From Oligoflexales bacterium (GTDB lineage: Bacteria > Bdellovibrionota_B > Oligoflexia > Oligoflexales > CAIYRB01): a stretch of 14,573 bases of DNA. The DNA lies in assembly GCA_041736175.1 (NCBI GenBank), contig JBGSUI010000005.1:1-14573 (forward strand), written 5' to 3'. Below the pieces are notes generated by a model. That model did not search any database. It was not told where the DNA came from and worked only from the letters and a program-made list of their open reading frames with translations. The position numbers and the translations under genes are program-made. Numbering within the stretch: the first letter of the stretch is position 1; the number at the start of each line of letters is the position of its first letter. Of the stretch, positions 7,179 through 14,573 are shown one piece after another.

Positions 7179-8249
7179 TCAATTGGTAAAGCGGCAGCTT
7201 TTCCCGGAAATAGCCCACACTTTTCCCGTTGGGCAGAGGCAGGTCTCTTTGGCTTGGTCCCAGGTTCCGCCGCTGCCATTGCTGTGACAGCCGTCTTGGG
7301 GTGTGATGTCGCTATACAATGTGCATTTTTGGTTGACCCACATCCGACCAGGCGGACATTGGCACGTCTTAAGATCGCGCATCCAGCGACCCTGCTGCCC
7401 TAGGGATTCACAGAGTTCCTTAGACGACACCCGGTGCCGCTCCACGCACAGTTCCTGGACAAAGCCTCTCTCCTCTGGACAGGTACAGTCTTGGGTCAAT
7501 GGATCCCATAAACCGGTGTTGACACTGCTTTCGCAGTTTCGCTTAAGGATCGCCAAAACCCCTTTATGGGTCAGGCCACTTTTAGATTTTTTGCCGTAGG
7601 TTAAAGGGGCAACACAGCCACCACGGTTTGGTGCAAAAATCTGATTTTTGGGACACACACAGACTCCTTCGAGCCATTTTCCGGGACGTACCGCCCGGAG
7701 GCAGAGATCATCGTTGACGCGGCCCTGGAGGCGTCGACAGGTAAATCCCACCAGCACTTTTGTGTCAGGGCACAGGCAGTATTGTTCGTTGGCAATAAAT
7801 TTGCCCTTGGCAGAAATACACCGCTTTTTAAAGGTTTCCACCCACTCTGTATCGTTAGACTTTGGTTTTTCAGGTTTATGATCAGGCACAGCAGGTTCCG
7901 TCACCGCAGCAGCCTCATGGCCCTGGAGTTCTTTATCGGTTGCAGTCTCGGTCGGGGGATGATCGACCCCATGGGGTCCGTCGGTAAGCTGAGCGCCCTG
8001 GGCAGCCTCACATTTTTGCCCAGACCATTCTAGGCCTTGGGGACAAACACAAATATTGGCGGCTGCATCAAGGGTTGCGCCCCCCGAAATGCAAAGCTTG
8101 GCTGTGCCTGCCGTGTTGGACGTCGAGGTTGGGGTGACTTTACGGCAGCTACCAAAGGTGGCCAACAAAGTCATGATTGCAAAAATCCGTAGGGGAAAAA
8201 ACCAGTTTTTGGAAAGGGTACATGAAAAACTTTTTTTTGTTTTTAACAT
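7179..8249 (-). CDS. Cys-rich lipoprotein with six 4-Cys EGF/EB-like modules
   Basis: Hydrophobic stretch ending in lipobox-like 'LLATFGSC'; six repeats of C-x(11-15)-CxCP-x(9-11)-C; AAGGA RBS. Confidence 0.8.
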   Translation of the reverse strand: MLKTKKSFSCTLSKNWFFPLRIFAIMTLLATFGSCRKVTPTSTSNTAGTAKLCISGGATLDAAANICVCPQGLEWSGQKCEAAQGAQLTDGPHGVDHPPTETATDKELQGHEAAAVTEPAVPDHKPEKPKSNDTEWVETFKKRCISAKGKFIANEQYCLCPDTKVLVGFTCRRLQGRVNDDLCLRAVRPGKWLEGVCVCPKNQIFAPNRGGCVAPLTYGKKSKSGLTHKGVLAILKRNCESSVNTGLWDPLTQDCTCPEERGFVQELCVERHRVSSKELCESLGQQGRWMRDLKTCQCPPGRMWVNQKCTLYSDITPQDGCHSNGSGGTWDQAKETCLCPTGKVWAISGKSCRFTN

Positions 8250-8258
8250 AATGATTCC

Positions 8259-9032
8259 TTAGGCAGACTGGCTGATTTCGGATGCTAAGTTTATGACAGA
8301 TTCAAAAGATTTCCATGAAATCATTCGTTCGGCATTTGTATAGGGATTAAAGAGAATTCCTACAGACTGCTCTCTGATTTCAGGGTAACGCTGCAAAAGA
8401 TCAAAGAGACTTTTGCCTTGGAGATCACAAATCCCCAGCTTCGTGGCACCTAAAGCACCAAACGCCAAGTCAGGAGCGCTAAAGATGGGCAAAACCTGCT
8501 CTCCCGTCACCAGTTTAAAGTAAGCCAAAACCTCCTCCCCTGACTTTTGTAAAGTGGGAACATGGAGGTGCTCGTGGATGGTCAAGACGTGGGCTAGATC
8601 CCTTGGGGTTTGGTGATCCGATAACAGAGATTTTTCCAGATCCAAACACTGTTGGAGATTGATAAAAAGCTCCGTTTTTAGCCCTGATATATGTATCCCC
8701 GATGTGTGCGTGACATCGACCGAAATCTTTATTTCCTCGGGAAGAGCTCCGTCTGGAGCACCTGCCAGCTTTGAGAGGGCTCCGACGACTTGGATTCCCG
8801 TTTGGCCGATCAAGATAAAAGGCATCCCCTTTTTTGAGACCTCCTTAAACCACGAATCCGAAGCTTTAAAGACTTCGTAGGTGACAGGGTCCGAAAACAG
8901 ATAGGCTTCTGCTCCCGATACGACCAACGTCAAGCCGATATAAGGCCCAATTTCCCTGAAAAATCCCATGGTGTCGATCAACCCATCGACAAGCCTGCGG
9001 CTGATCGCTGCCAATTGTGGTTCCCGTGCCAT
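8259..9032 (-). CDS. Hypothetical protein with a possible C-terminal SseB-like domain
   Basis: 257-aa ORF with AGGAAG RBS; 'GEQVLPIFSAPDLA...GKSLFDLL...GILFNP' resembles the SseB pattern. Confidence 0.6.
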   Translation of the reverse strand: MAREPQLAAISRRLVDGLIDTMGFFREIGPYIGLTLVVSGAEAYLFSDPVTYEVFKASDSWFKEVSKKGMPFILIGQTGIQVVGALSKLAGAPDGALPEEIKISVDVTHTSGIHISGLKTELFINLQQCLDLEKSLLSDHQTPRDLAHVLTIHEHLHVPTLQKSGEEVLAYFKLVTGEQVLPIFSAPDLAFGALGATKLGICDLQGKSLFDLLQRYPEIREQSVGILFNPYTNAERMISWKSFESVINLASEISQSA

Positions 9033-9071
9033 AACGCTTCCTCTATATGCAAGTGGACTGCTCTAGAGGGT

Positions 9072-9099
9072 TTGTCGGAATGGGTTTAAAAAAATTGAG
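9072..9099 (-). promoter_or_regulatory. Possible sigma28/FliA-like promoter TCAA-N16-TCCGACAA
   Basis: Resembles TAAA-N15-GCCGATAA and lies about 40 nt upstream of ATG 9032; has mismatches and is 1 nt off in spacing. Confidence 0.25.
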
Positions 9100-9174
9100 G
9101 GATGCTTAAGAGAAAATGGCTTTGGCAGGACCATAAACAAATCAATTTATGGATCGATCACGGACGATTGCGGA

Positions 9175-10167
9175 TCATCTGTTTTGCAAGCAGCGGTAGC
9201 TTTCCAGAAGCACTTTAAACTCTTCGTCTTGGCCATTGATAACATCCGGATGAAGTTTTTTGGCGAGTTCTAGATAACGGCGACGGAGACCCTGTTGATC
9301 TGGAAATTCATCAAACCCCATAAACTGAAGGGAAGCTTGTTGTCTTGAAGATAAGGGAGAGGACACATTGGTTTGAGGAGGTGGTCGGGTATGAGACTCC
9401 GAGGAGGGGTCAAATCCATTCTGCCGTTTCGCACCCGGATAAGACTGGCTTTTGCTTTGAAGTTTGCCCCTTTGGTATTTCCATAAACCCTGGCTTGATT
9501 CAAGGAGTCTTTCATAGGCTTGGTCTAGCTGAGTTCGCAACGATAGGATTTCTCCTTGAACATTGAGTAAAAAAGCCCTGAGGGGTCGACTCTCAAGGAT
9601 CGATTCAAATTGATCGGGTATTTGATCAAGGCGAAAGGAGCTGGAACCCAGGTTGACTTCGCAATAGGAATCCAACTGGGCATTGAGTTTGAGGAGCCTG
9701 ATCCACAGACAGGTTTCATCAGGAGTGCGGAGCCCCTTAGGCTTTTGCCAGATAGGATCGAATGGATTGAGCGGAATGCGGTTGGTATAGGCTGCGGTGA
9801 GAGTCTGGATCACCTGGTCGATTTTTGACAGATCATAGGGCAAAAAAACTGGATCGCAATAGATATGACTCGCAAAAGGACCACCAGTTCGGGCCATGCT
9901 TTTACGAAACCAGGAAAGCTCTCTCTCTGGCGAAAGGAGTCCAAGACGGACTTGAAAGCTCTGGACCAATAGTCTCAGCTCGTTTCCCAGGTGCGACAAA
10001 TGGTCACTGCGTTCTCCCGGAGTCTGATGGAGCGCGTGTTGGAGGGCTACAATAAATTGTTGTTTTTTAGCCAACTCTTCGATCACGACCTGGAGACAGT
10101 GATGCACGTTACCTTGAGCCTCGATCGCTCCAAGAAACCAATCCCTAGGCTGAGTTGGGGTCTCCAA
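9175..10167 (-). CDS. J-domain protein (C-terminal DnaJ domain with a long helical N-terminal region)
   Basis: C-terminal 'LQFMGF...LRRRYLELAKKLHPDVINGQDEEFKVLLESYRCL' with intact HPD; TTG start uncertain. Confidence 0.8.
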   Translation of the reverse strand: METPTQPRDWFLGAIEAQGNVHHCLQVVIEELAKKQQFIVALQHALHQTPGERSDHLSHLGNELRLLVQSFQVRLGLLSPERELSWFRKSMARTGGPFASHIYCDPVFLPYDLSKIDQVIQTLTAAYTNRIPLNPFDPIWQKPKGLRTPDETCLWIRLLKLNAQLDSYCEVNLGSSSFRLDQIPDQFESILESRPLRAFLLNVQGEILSLRTQLDQAYERLLESSQGLWKYQRGKLQSKSQSYPGAKRQNGFDPSSESHTRPPPQTNVSSPLSSRQQASLQFMGFDEFPDQQGLRRRYLELAKKLHPDVINGQDEEFKVLLESYRCLQNR

Positions 10168-10197
10168 GGAAATCTTTACCTCTCCATAACGATCGAT

Positions 10198-10797
10198 TTA
10201 GTCTTTCTTAGGGGTATAGTTTGGAAGCTTACCCCGTTCGAGAACTTCTGAAAGGAGATTGAGTTCGTCAGCCACCTCCATAAAGGCGTCGCCTCTTCTC
10301 AAGAAAGTTCTGGCTTGAAACTTCCCCTCTCTCAGCGAACGGACGTGCCGGCGAAAAGCCACAGTTGGACCAACCAACCTATGGGTAAAAATCACGGAAA
10401 CCACAATAGTTGCGAAAAGGTAGATCAATGAGCAGGCTAGGATCCACACCCGGGTTCCTGCCCAATATTCTAAGAATAAATCTTTGACATCATCTTCCAC
10501 ATCTGTGAGCTGGACCACGGCATCTACAAAGTTGGCAAAGTTGCTGTAAACCAAAAAGCCAACGATTAATACAAACGAAAAGGATAGAAAAATTGCATAA
10601 AGACCCAGTTTGACCTGAAGCAGAGGCTGGAGTAAAAAATTTCTGATACGCCGCTTTGGTTTTGGTCCCATGTCGCTTTCTTCCGACATATTCTCCACAC
10701 CTTTCGTCATGGTCTTAAGGTCACCGTCTTGGGGTTGCTGGTTAAGCCGCTTCTGCTTAGAACTGTCGCCGGATTTTGAATCTTTGGACTCGACCAT
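10198..10797 (-). CDS. Two-TM membrane protein with a C-terminal HAMP-like domain and no output domain
   Basis: Two hydrophobic helices, then 'THRLVGPTVAFRRHVRSLREGKF...LRRGDAFMEVADELNLL'. Start set at ATG 10797 after AGGAG. Confidence 0.75.
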   Translation of the reverse strand: MVESKDSKSGDSSKQKRLNQQPQDGDLKTMTKGVENMSEESDMGPKPKRRIRNFLLQPLLQVKLGLYAIFLSFSFVLIVGFLVYSNFANFVDAVVQLTDVEDDVKDLFLEYWAGTRVWILACSLIYLFATIVVSVIFTHRLVGPTVAFRRHVRSLREGKFQARTFLRRGDAFMEVADELNLLSEVLERGKLPNYTPKKD

Positions 10798-10848
10798 CAG
10801 CAACTCCTATAGGCCATATTGGCGGTTATCACTTTAAGATTATATCGT

Positions 10849-11949
10849 TTATTGAACATCAAAGGTATAGGTTAATTCCCCTAGCATACTGGCATCTGGC
10901 GAAAACTGGATGCTTTGTAGTTTAAGCGAAAGGCACCTAATAAGATCCTGATCCTGTACAGTTCCACCAGATTTTTTTATTTTTGTCAAAGTTCCAGAGG
11001 CTTTATTGAGGATAAAGGTAAAGACAAGTTGACCTCTGATGTCCTGATCTAGCTGGGCCATCCGATCAAGTAGGCACTGTCTAAGGGTCCCATCGTAGAC
11101 TGTTAGGGTTTCAGACATGGACTTAGCGTAGTAGTTGTGCTTAAAGAGATTGAGTTTATAAAAAAACGCCACAAGACGGTTTGTGGTCACGACGGCCCTA
11201 AGCTGTTTCTTACCCACACCAGATCCACCTTGAGCACCAGGGGGGACCACGCCAGCAATTTCCTGCTGCAGGTCTCCGGTGTATCCATCGATGATGCCTT
11301 TAACGGAGCTCTCTTTTTTAGCACCCTCTTCTTGGTATCGATTTGGAATCATGGAAACCCTAAAGCTGAGTCCGGTATCTCGAACCGGACTCAACTGCCA
11401 TAAACCAAGATTAGAGATCGTCGATCTTTTAACCAAAAAATGATTGGCTTCAGCTAAATTTTTTGGTTTAAAACGGCGAATAGCCCCTTGAGAATCGACC
11501 ATTTCAATAGAACGGATAAGATATTTTCCAGATTGAATCTTCCAGATTTCTTTTGGCGGTACTCCGCTATCTGTGGGCGAAGGAGAAAACTTATAGACGT
11601 CTCGGGTCAATAAGTTTACCAACGACACTTGGACAGTACCTGCGGCAAACCGTTGCTGTTGGCCAGGCTGAAACCCACCCATAAGTATCTGAACATAAAA
11701 CCCCCCCTGCTTTTCTGTAAAAAACTCCCCTTTCCAGGTGGAAATCGTGGACGTCGCAGCTCCTAGGCCACGATAGGACCCCATTAAAAAAGCCAAGGAA
11801 AGCAGTCCTAATCCATAAACGACCAAATGCCGGGGGTGATAGCGCAAACCCCACCAGCCCCTGACGATGCTGAATTTGTTCCAATCAGTCTTCATCCTAT
11901 GACTATAACACAGGAAAACCCTTCCTACCCAGCCCCTTATCACTGGCAT
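10849..11949 (-). CDS. Membrane-anchored exported protein with an AgmX/PglI (TonB-C-like) C-terminal domain
   Basis: N-terminal hydrophobic segment; C-terminus 'LRQCL...GQLVFTFIL...G...DQDLIRCLSLKLQSIQF' with a Cys pair. The true start may be ATG 11895. Confidence 0.65.
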   Translation of the reverse strand: MPVIRGWVGRVFLCYSHRMKTDWNKFSIVRGWWGLRYHPRHLVVYGLGLLSLAFLMGSYRGLGAATSTISTWKGEFFTEKQGGFYVQILMGGFQPGQQQRFAAGTVQVSLVNLLTRDVYKFSPSPTDSGVPPKEIWKIQSGKYLIRSIEMVDSQGAIRRFKPKNLAEANHFLVKRSTISNLGLWQLSPVRDTGLSFRVSMIPNRYQEEGAKKESSVKGIIDGYTGDLQQEIAGVVPPGAQGGSGVGKKQLRAVVTTNRLVAFFYKLNLFKHNYYAKSMSETLTVYDGTLRQCLLDRMAQLDQDIRGQLVFTFILNKASGTLTKIKKSGGTVQDQDLIRCLSLKLQSIQFSPDASMLGELTYTFDVQ

Positions 11950-12074
11950 TGTCTTTGCTACTTAAGACGTAAGGGTAGTATTGGTGGTATATAGCACCTT
12001 TGGCTGGCTTTTTGTGTCAAATAGCGCTAAAAGTCTTCATACCCAACCCAGCTTTCTTTAAAGAGTACCAAATT

Positions 12075-13466
12075 ATGGGACCCATCGAAAAAGCCACTTT
12101 TCTCAAGTACTGCGATCTCCCTCTCCCCCGCCACACTTCGTTTCCTGCAGCAAATTTTTGGACAAACACCCCCAGAGGCGCCGACCACGCATCTTGGCTC
12201 GCTGCCGACTTGCAAGAGATGGCGGGACCACCAGCGGTAGGGCTCTATGTCCATATTCCTTTTTGCCGTAGCCTCTGCTCCTACTGTGGGTGTACCAGGG
12301 AGGTGATCCCCGATGAACTCAGGGCTGCATCCGACCCAAGCAGAGGGTATATAGAAAGTATCAAAAGAGAACGGGAACTTTGGGATCAACACCTCTCTAG
12401 CTACTCCTCCCTCTCCATCGACAAAATCCATCTGGGTGGTGGAACACCAACTTTTTTGTCCCCAGACCAGCTCCACCAGCTTTGGGACGCCCTTGGGGTA
12501 GGAAAATCCCGGACCCTTAAAGGCGACGCAGAATTGGCAGCGGAAGTGGATCCTCGGGTGACCACTGCCGAGCACTTTCGGGCTTTATGGGACTTGGGCT
12601 TTCGCCGGATCAGCCTCGGAGTGCAGGATTTTGATGCTATCGTCCAAGGCAAAATCAATCGGATCCAATCTTTTGACTTGGTGAAAAAGTCTGTTGAACT
12701 CGCTCGCAAAGTCGGTTTTAAACAAATTAATTTTGATTTGATCTACGGTCTTCCAGGCCAAACAACTGAGACAATCCTCAAGACACTTGAGTTAGCGATT
12801 TCACTGTCCCCCACCCGCGTAGCCTTTTACCGACTCGCTGTTATGCCTGAAATCTTTAAGTGGCAAAAAACCTTTCGCGCCGAAGACCTTCCCGATGGAT
12901 CGCAGACTTTGGAGTTTATGCTCCTTGCGCTCCAATACTTTCAGTCTACAAATTACCAGTTTATAGGTTTCGACCATTTTGCTTCTCCCGAAGACCCCCT
13001 CTCTCGTGACTATCACAGCCACAAGTTGGTCCGAAACTTTCAAGGGATGACCACGGGTTCGTCGCCTATAACCATTGGCCTTGGACCTTCGGCTATTTCT
13101 TCAGGACCGAGCTATTATGCCCAAAACCCACACAAAACCAGCTTATGGGTCCAAGGCTTAACCGACGGTTTGGCAACCCAAAGGGGCCACCGGCTCACTC
13201 CACAAGACAAGACCAGAAGGCTTTTGCTACAGGAGCTTTATTGCTACGGGACTCTCTCTGATCTCTCCTCTCTTCACACCAAAGAGCTAGCCTCATTGGC
13301 CACTTTGACTGATGAGGGGCTATTAGCAACAACTCCCAGCGGATTTAAGGTCACCCTCTTGGGCCAACTCCTGACCCGGGTCATAGGCTCCGCACTTGAT
13401 CCCTATCTCCCCGAGGGCGCCTGGAGGACTGGACTGTCGGCCGGCAAAAATTCCGCTGCGGGATAG
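12075..13466 (+). CDS. hemN: Oxygen-independent coproporphyrinogen III oxidase-family radical SAM protein
   Basis: 'YVHIPFCRSLCSYCGC', 'HLGGGTPT', 'EVDPR', 'RISLGVQDFD', 'NFDLIYGLPGQT', 'IGFDHFA', 'RNFQG'. Start set at ATG 12075. Confidence 0.85.
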   Translation: MGPIEKATFLKYCDLPLPRHTSFPAANFWTNTPRGADHASWLAADLQEMAGPPAVGLYVHIPFCRSLCSYCGCTREVIPDELRAASDPSRGYIESIKRERELWDQHLSSYSSLSIDKIHLGGGTPTFLSPDQLHQLWDALGVGKSRTLKGDAELAAEVDPRVTTAEHFRALWDLGFRRISLGVQDFDAIVQGKINRIQSFDLVKKSVELARKVGFKQINFDLIYGLPGQTTETILKTLELAISLSPTRVAFYRLAVMPEIFKWQKTFRAEDLPDGSQTLEFMLLALQYFQSTNYQFIGFDHFASPEDPLSRDYHSHKLVRNFQGMTTGSSPITIGLGPSAISSGPSYYAQNPHKTSLWVQGLTDGLATQRGHRLTPQDKTRRLLLQELYCYGTLSDLSSLHTKELASLATLTDEGLLATTPSGFKVTLLGQLLTRVIGSALDPYLPEGAWRTGLSAGKNSAAG

Positions 13467-13538
13467 GACTTAAAAGAGTTGGTAAATCATTTGAAAGATC
13501 TTAGAATAGCCATCTAACAAATAAAAAGGAGACTTTCG

Positions 13539-14348
13539 ATGATACCTCTAAAAGAGACTCTGCCCTTTCTGCTGGCCTTGACCTTGGGTGGCTCCATGGC
13601 CTCTGGTCAAACCCATACCATCCCCCCTCAAACCCAAACCGTCATGTCCTTTAATGTTTCGATCCCCTGGGGTTCGTCCACGGCCACCTTGGGTCTCGCC
13701 GCCCCCCAAAATCTCGGGCCCCTTTCTGTCCTGTACACTCCCTCTGCCCAATGTCGGGGATTTCAGATCAGCTTGGAAACCTACAACCGGTCGAATCCCT
13801 TAACTCCCACTTTTATTCAAAACAACAAGTTTTTATCCCGGATCCAACCTGTGGGAGGAATCAAATTTAATTTTGTCCAGCAACTCGCCCAAATCCAACA
13901 ATGCCAGGTCATGGTGGTCCAGGATAGAGTGGCCCCCTCCCCAGCAAAACGTACCTTGCTAGGCAGCCTTAAGTATTCTGGAGGTTTTCAAGGAAACCTC
14001 ACCTTTGAACTAGCTTCACCGGTCGTCGTCGAAAAAGTAGAAGTCTTCAAGCCCCAGTACTGCCAAAATATCGATATCGTGGATTCTCGCCTGCTTCTTT
14101 CCGACAGCCCTGCACCAACGCCACCTCCTCGGTCCCCTGTTTTGGCGGAAACGGCGACACCTCTGGCCACGGTCCCTGAGCACGCGGAGTTTATTGAGGC
14201 TACAGAAAGATCAGAGCATTATGACCTTTCAGACTCCTGGTACACGATTCCCCTCGCAGCTCCCACCAAAATCCGCGGAATCACCTTTTCGATTGCAGGA
14301 CCTGAAGCTCAAACCTGTGAATTTCCGGTTTATGGTTGGGTCCACTAA
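13539..14348 (+). CDS. Secreted hypothetical protein (signal peptide, beta-rich domains with Cys pairs, Pro-rich insert)
   Basis: AAGGAG RBS; 'LPFLLALTLGGSMASG' signal-like segment; four Cys; 'SPAPTPPPRSP' segment. Confidence 0.75.
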   Translation: MIPLKETLPFLLALTLGGSMASGQTHTIPPQTQTVMSFNVSIPWGSSTATLGLAAPQNLGPLSVLYTPSAQCRGFQISLETYNRSNPLTPTFIQNNKFLSRIQPVGGIKFNFVQQLAQIQQCQVMVVQDRVAPSPAKRTLLGSLKYSGGFQGNLTFELASPVVVEKVEVFKPQYCQNIDIVDSRLLLSDSPAPTPPPRSPVLAETATPLATVPEHAEFIEATERSEHYDLSDSWYTIPLAAPTKIRGITFSIAGPEAQTCEFPVYGWVH

Positions 14349-14368
14349 CTGACAGGACCGGTTCTGCT

Positions 14369-14411
14369 GTGATCCGACTCTGTTTACAGGGTCGGTCATC
14401 TTCGGGATCAC
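14369..14411. other. GC-rich hairpin region downstream of the secreted-protein gene
   Basis: ccgactctg(14374-14382)-ttta-cagggtcgg(14387-14395), and an outer gtgatcc(14369-14375)/ggatcac(14405-14411); no clear U-tract. Confidence 0.45.
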
Positions 14412-14573
14412 CTCACTTTCAATGCCGGGGCTTAGACAATTGTCAAAATAATGGTCAATAAATTGCAAAATGTGGGCAAATTAAAAATAAAAAAATATTA
14501 ATTTTTTCAAAAAAATCTTGAATTCAGTTGACTAAAAAAATAAACCCATCAAAAATTTTTCCTAAACTCAAAA

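Noticed and set aside
12000..12074. TTG-start extension of hemN
   Set aside because: ATG 12075 gives a HemN-like N-terminal length before the PRxTSxP motif and leaves room for the divergent promoters.
14374..14400. Resemblance to E. coli 4.5S SRP RNA (actctgtttac...)
   Set aside because: The conserved helix-8 CAGG-GNRA-AGCA arrangement is absent on both strands.
907..14468. Other short ORFs in the track (e.g. 3765-4151, 5338-5793, 6690-7073, 12027-12575)
   Set aside because: They overlap well-supported genes in alternative or antisense frames and show no recognisable motifs.

Overview
Bacterial chromosomal window. The gene mix (AgmX/PglI-C-like protein, 'THRxxGP' 2-TM HAMP protein, disulfide-rich lipoprotein) suggests Oligoflexia/Bdellovibrionota or a related deltaproteobacterium-like lineage; this is inference only. 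A long minus-strand run (11.9 kb to 0.4 kb) reads: AgmX/TonB-C-like protein, 2-TM HAMP-like protein, C-terminal J-domain protein, SseB-like protein, six-repeat Cys-rich lipoprotein, aguA, aguB, iorA/iorB-type Mo-oxidoreductase, and a PAS-DHp-REC protein with no ATPase domain. A further gene runs off the left edge. A HemN-family radical SAM gene and a secreted protein are transcribed divergently on +. The main unannotated structure is a ~0.74-kb islet (4386-5221) bracketed by diverged ~100-110 bp direct repeats that duplicate the 3' end of aguB. Inside, on the opposite strand, are a sigma70-like promoter overlapped by a palindromic operator, a frameshifted and truncated toxin-like remnant, an intact CopG/BrnA-type antitoxin and a predicted three-stem RNA pseudoknot. 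It looks like a decayed, integrase-less integrative element targeting aguB.
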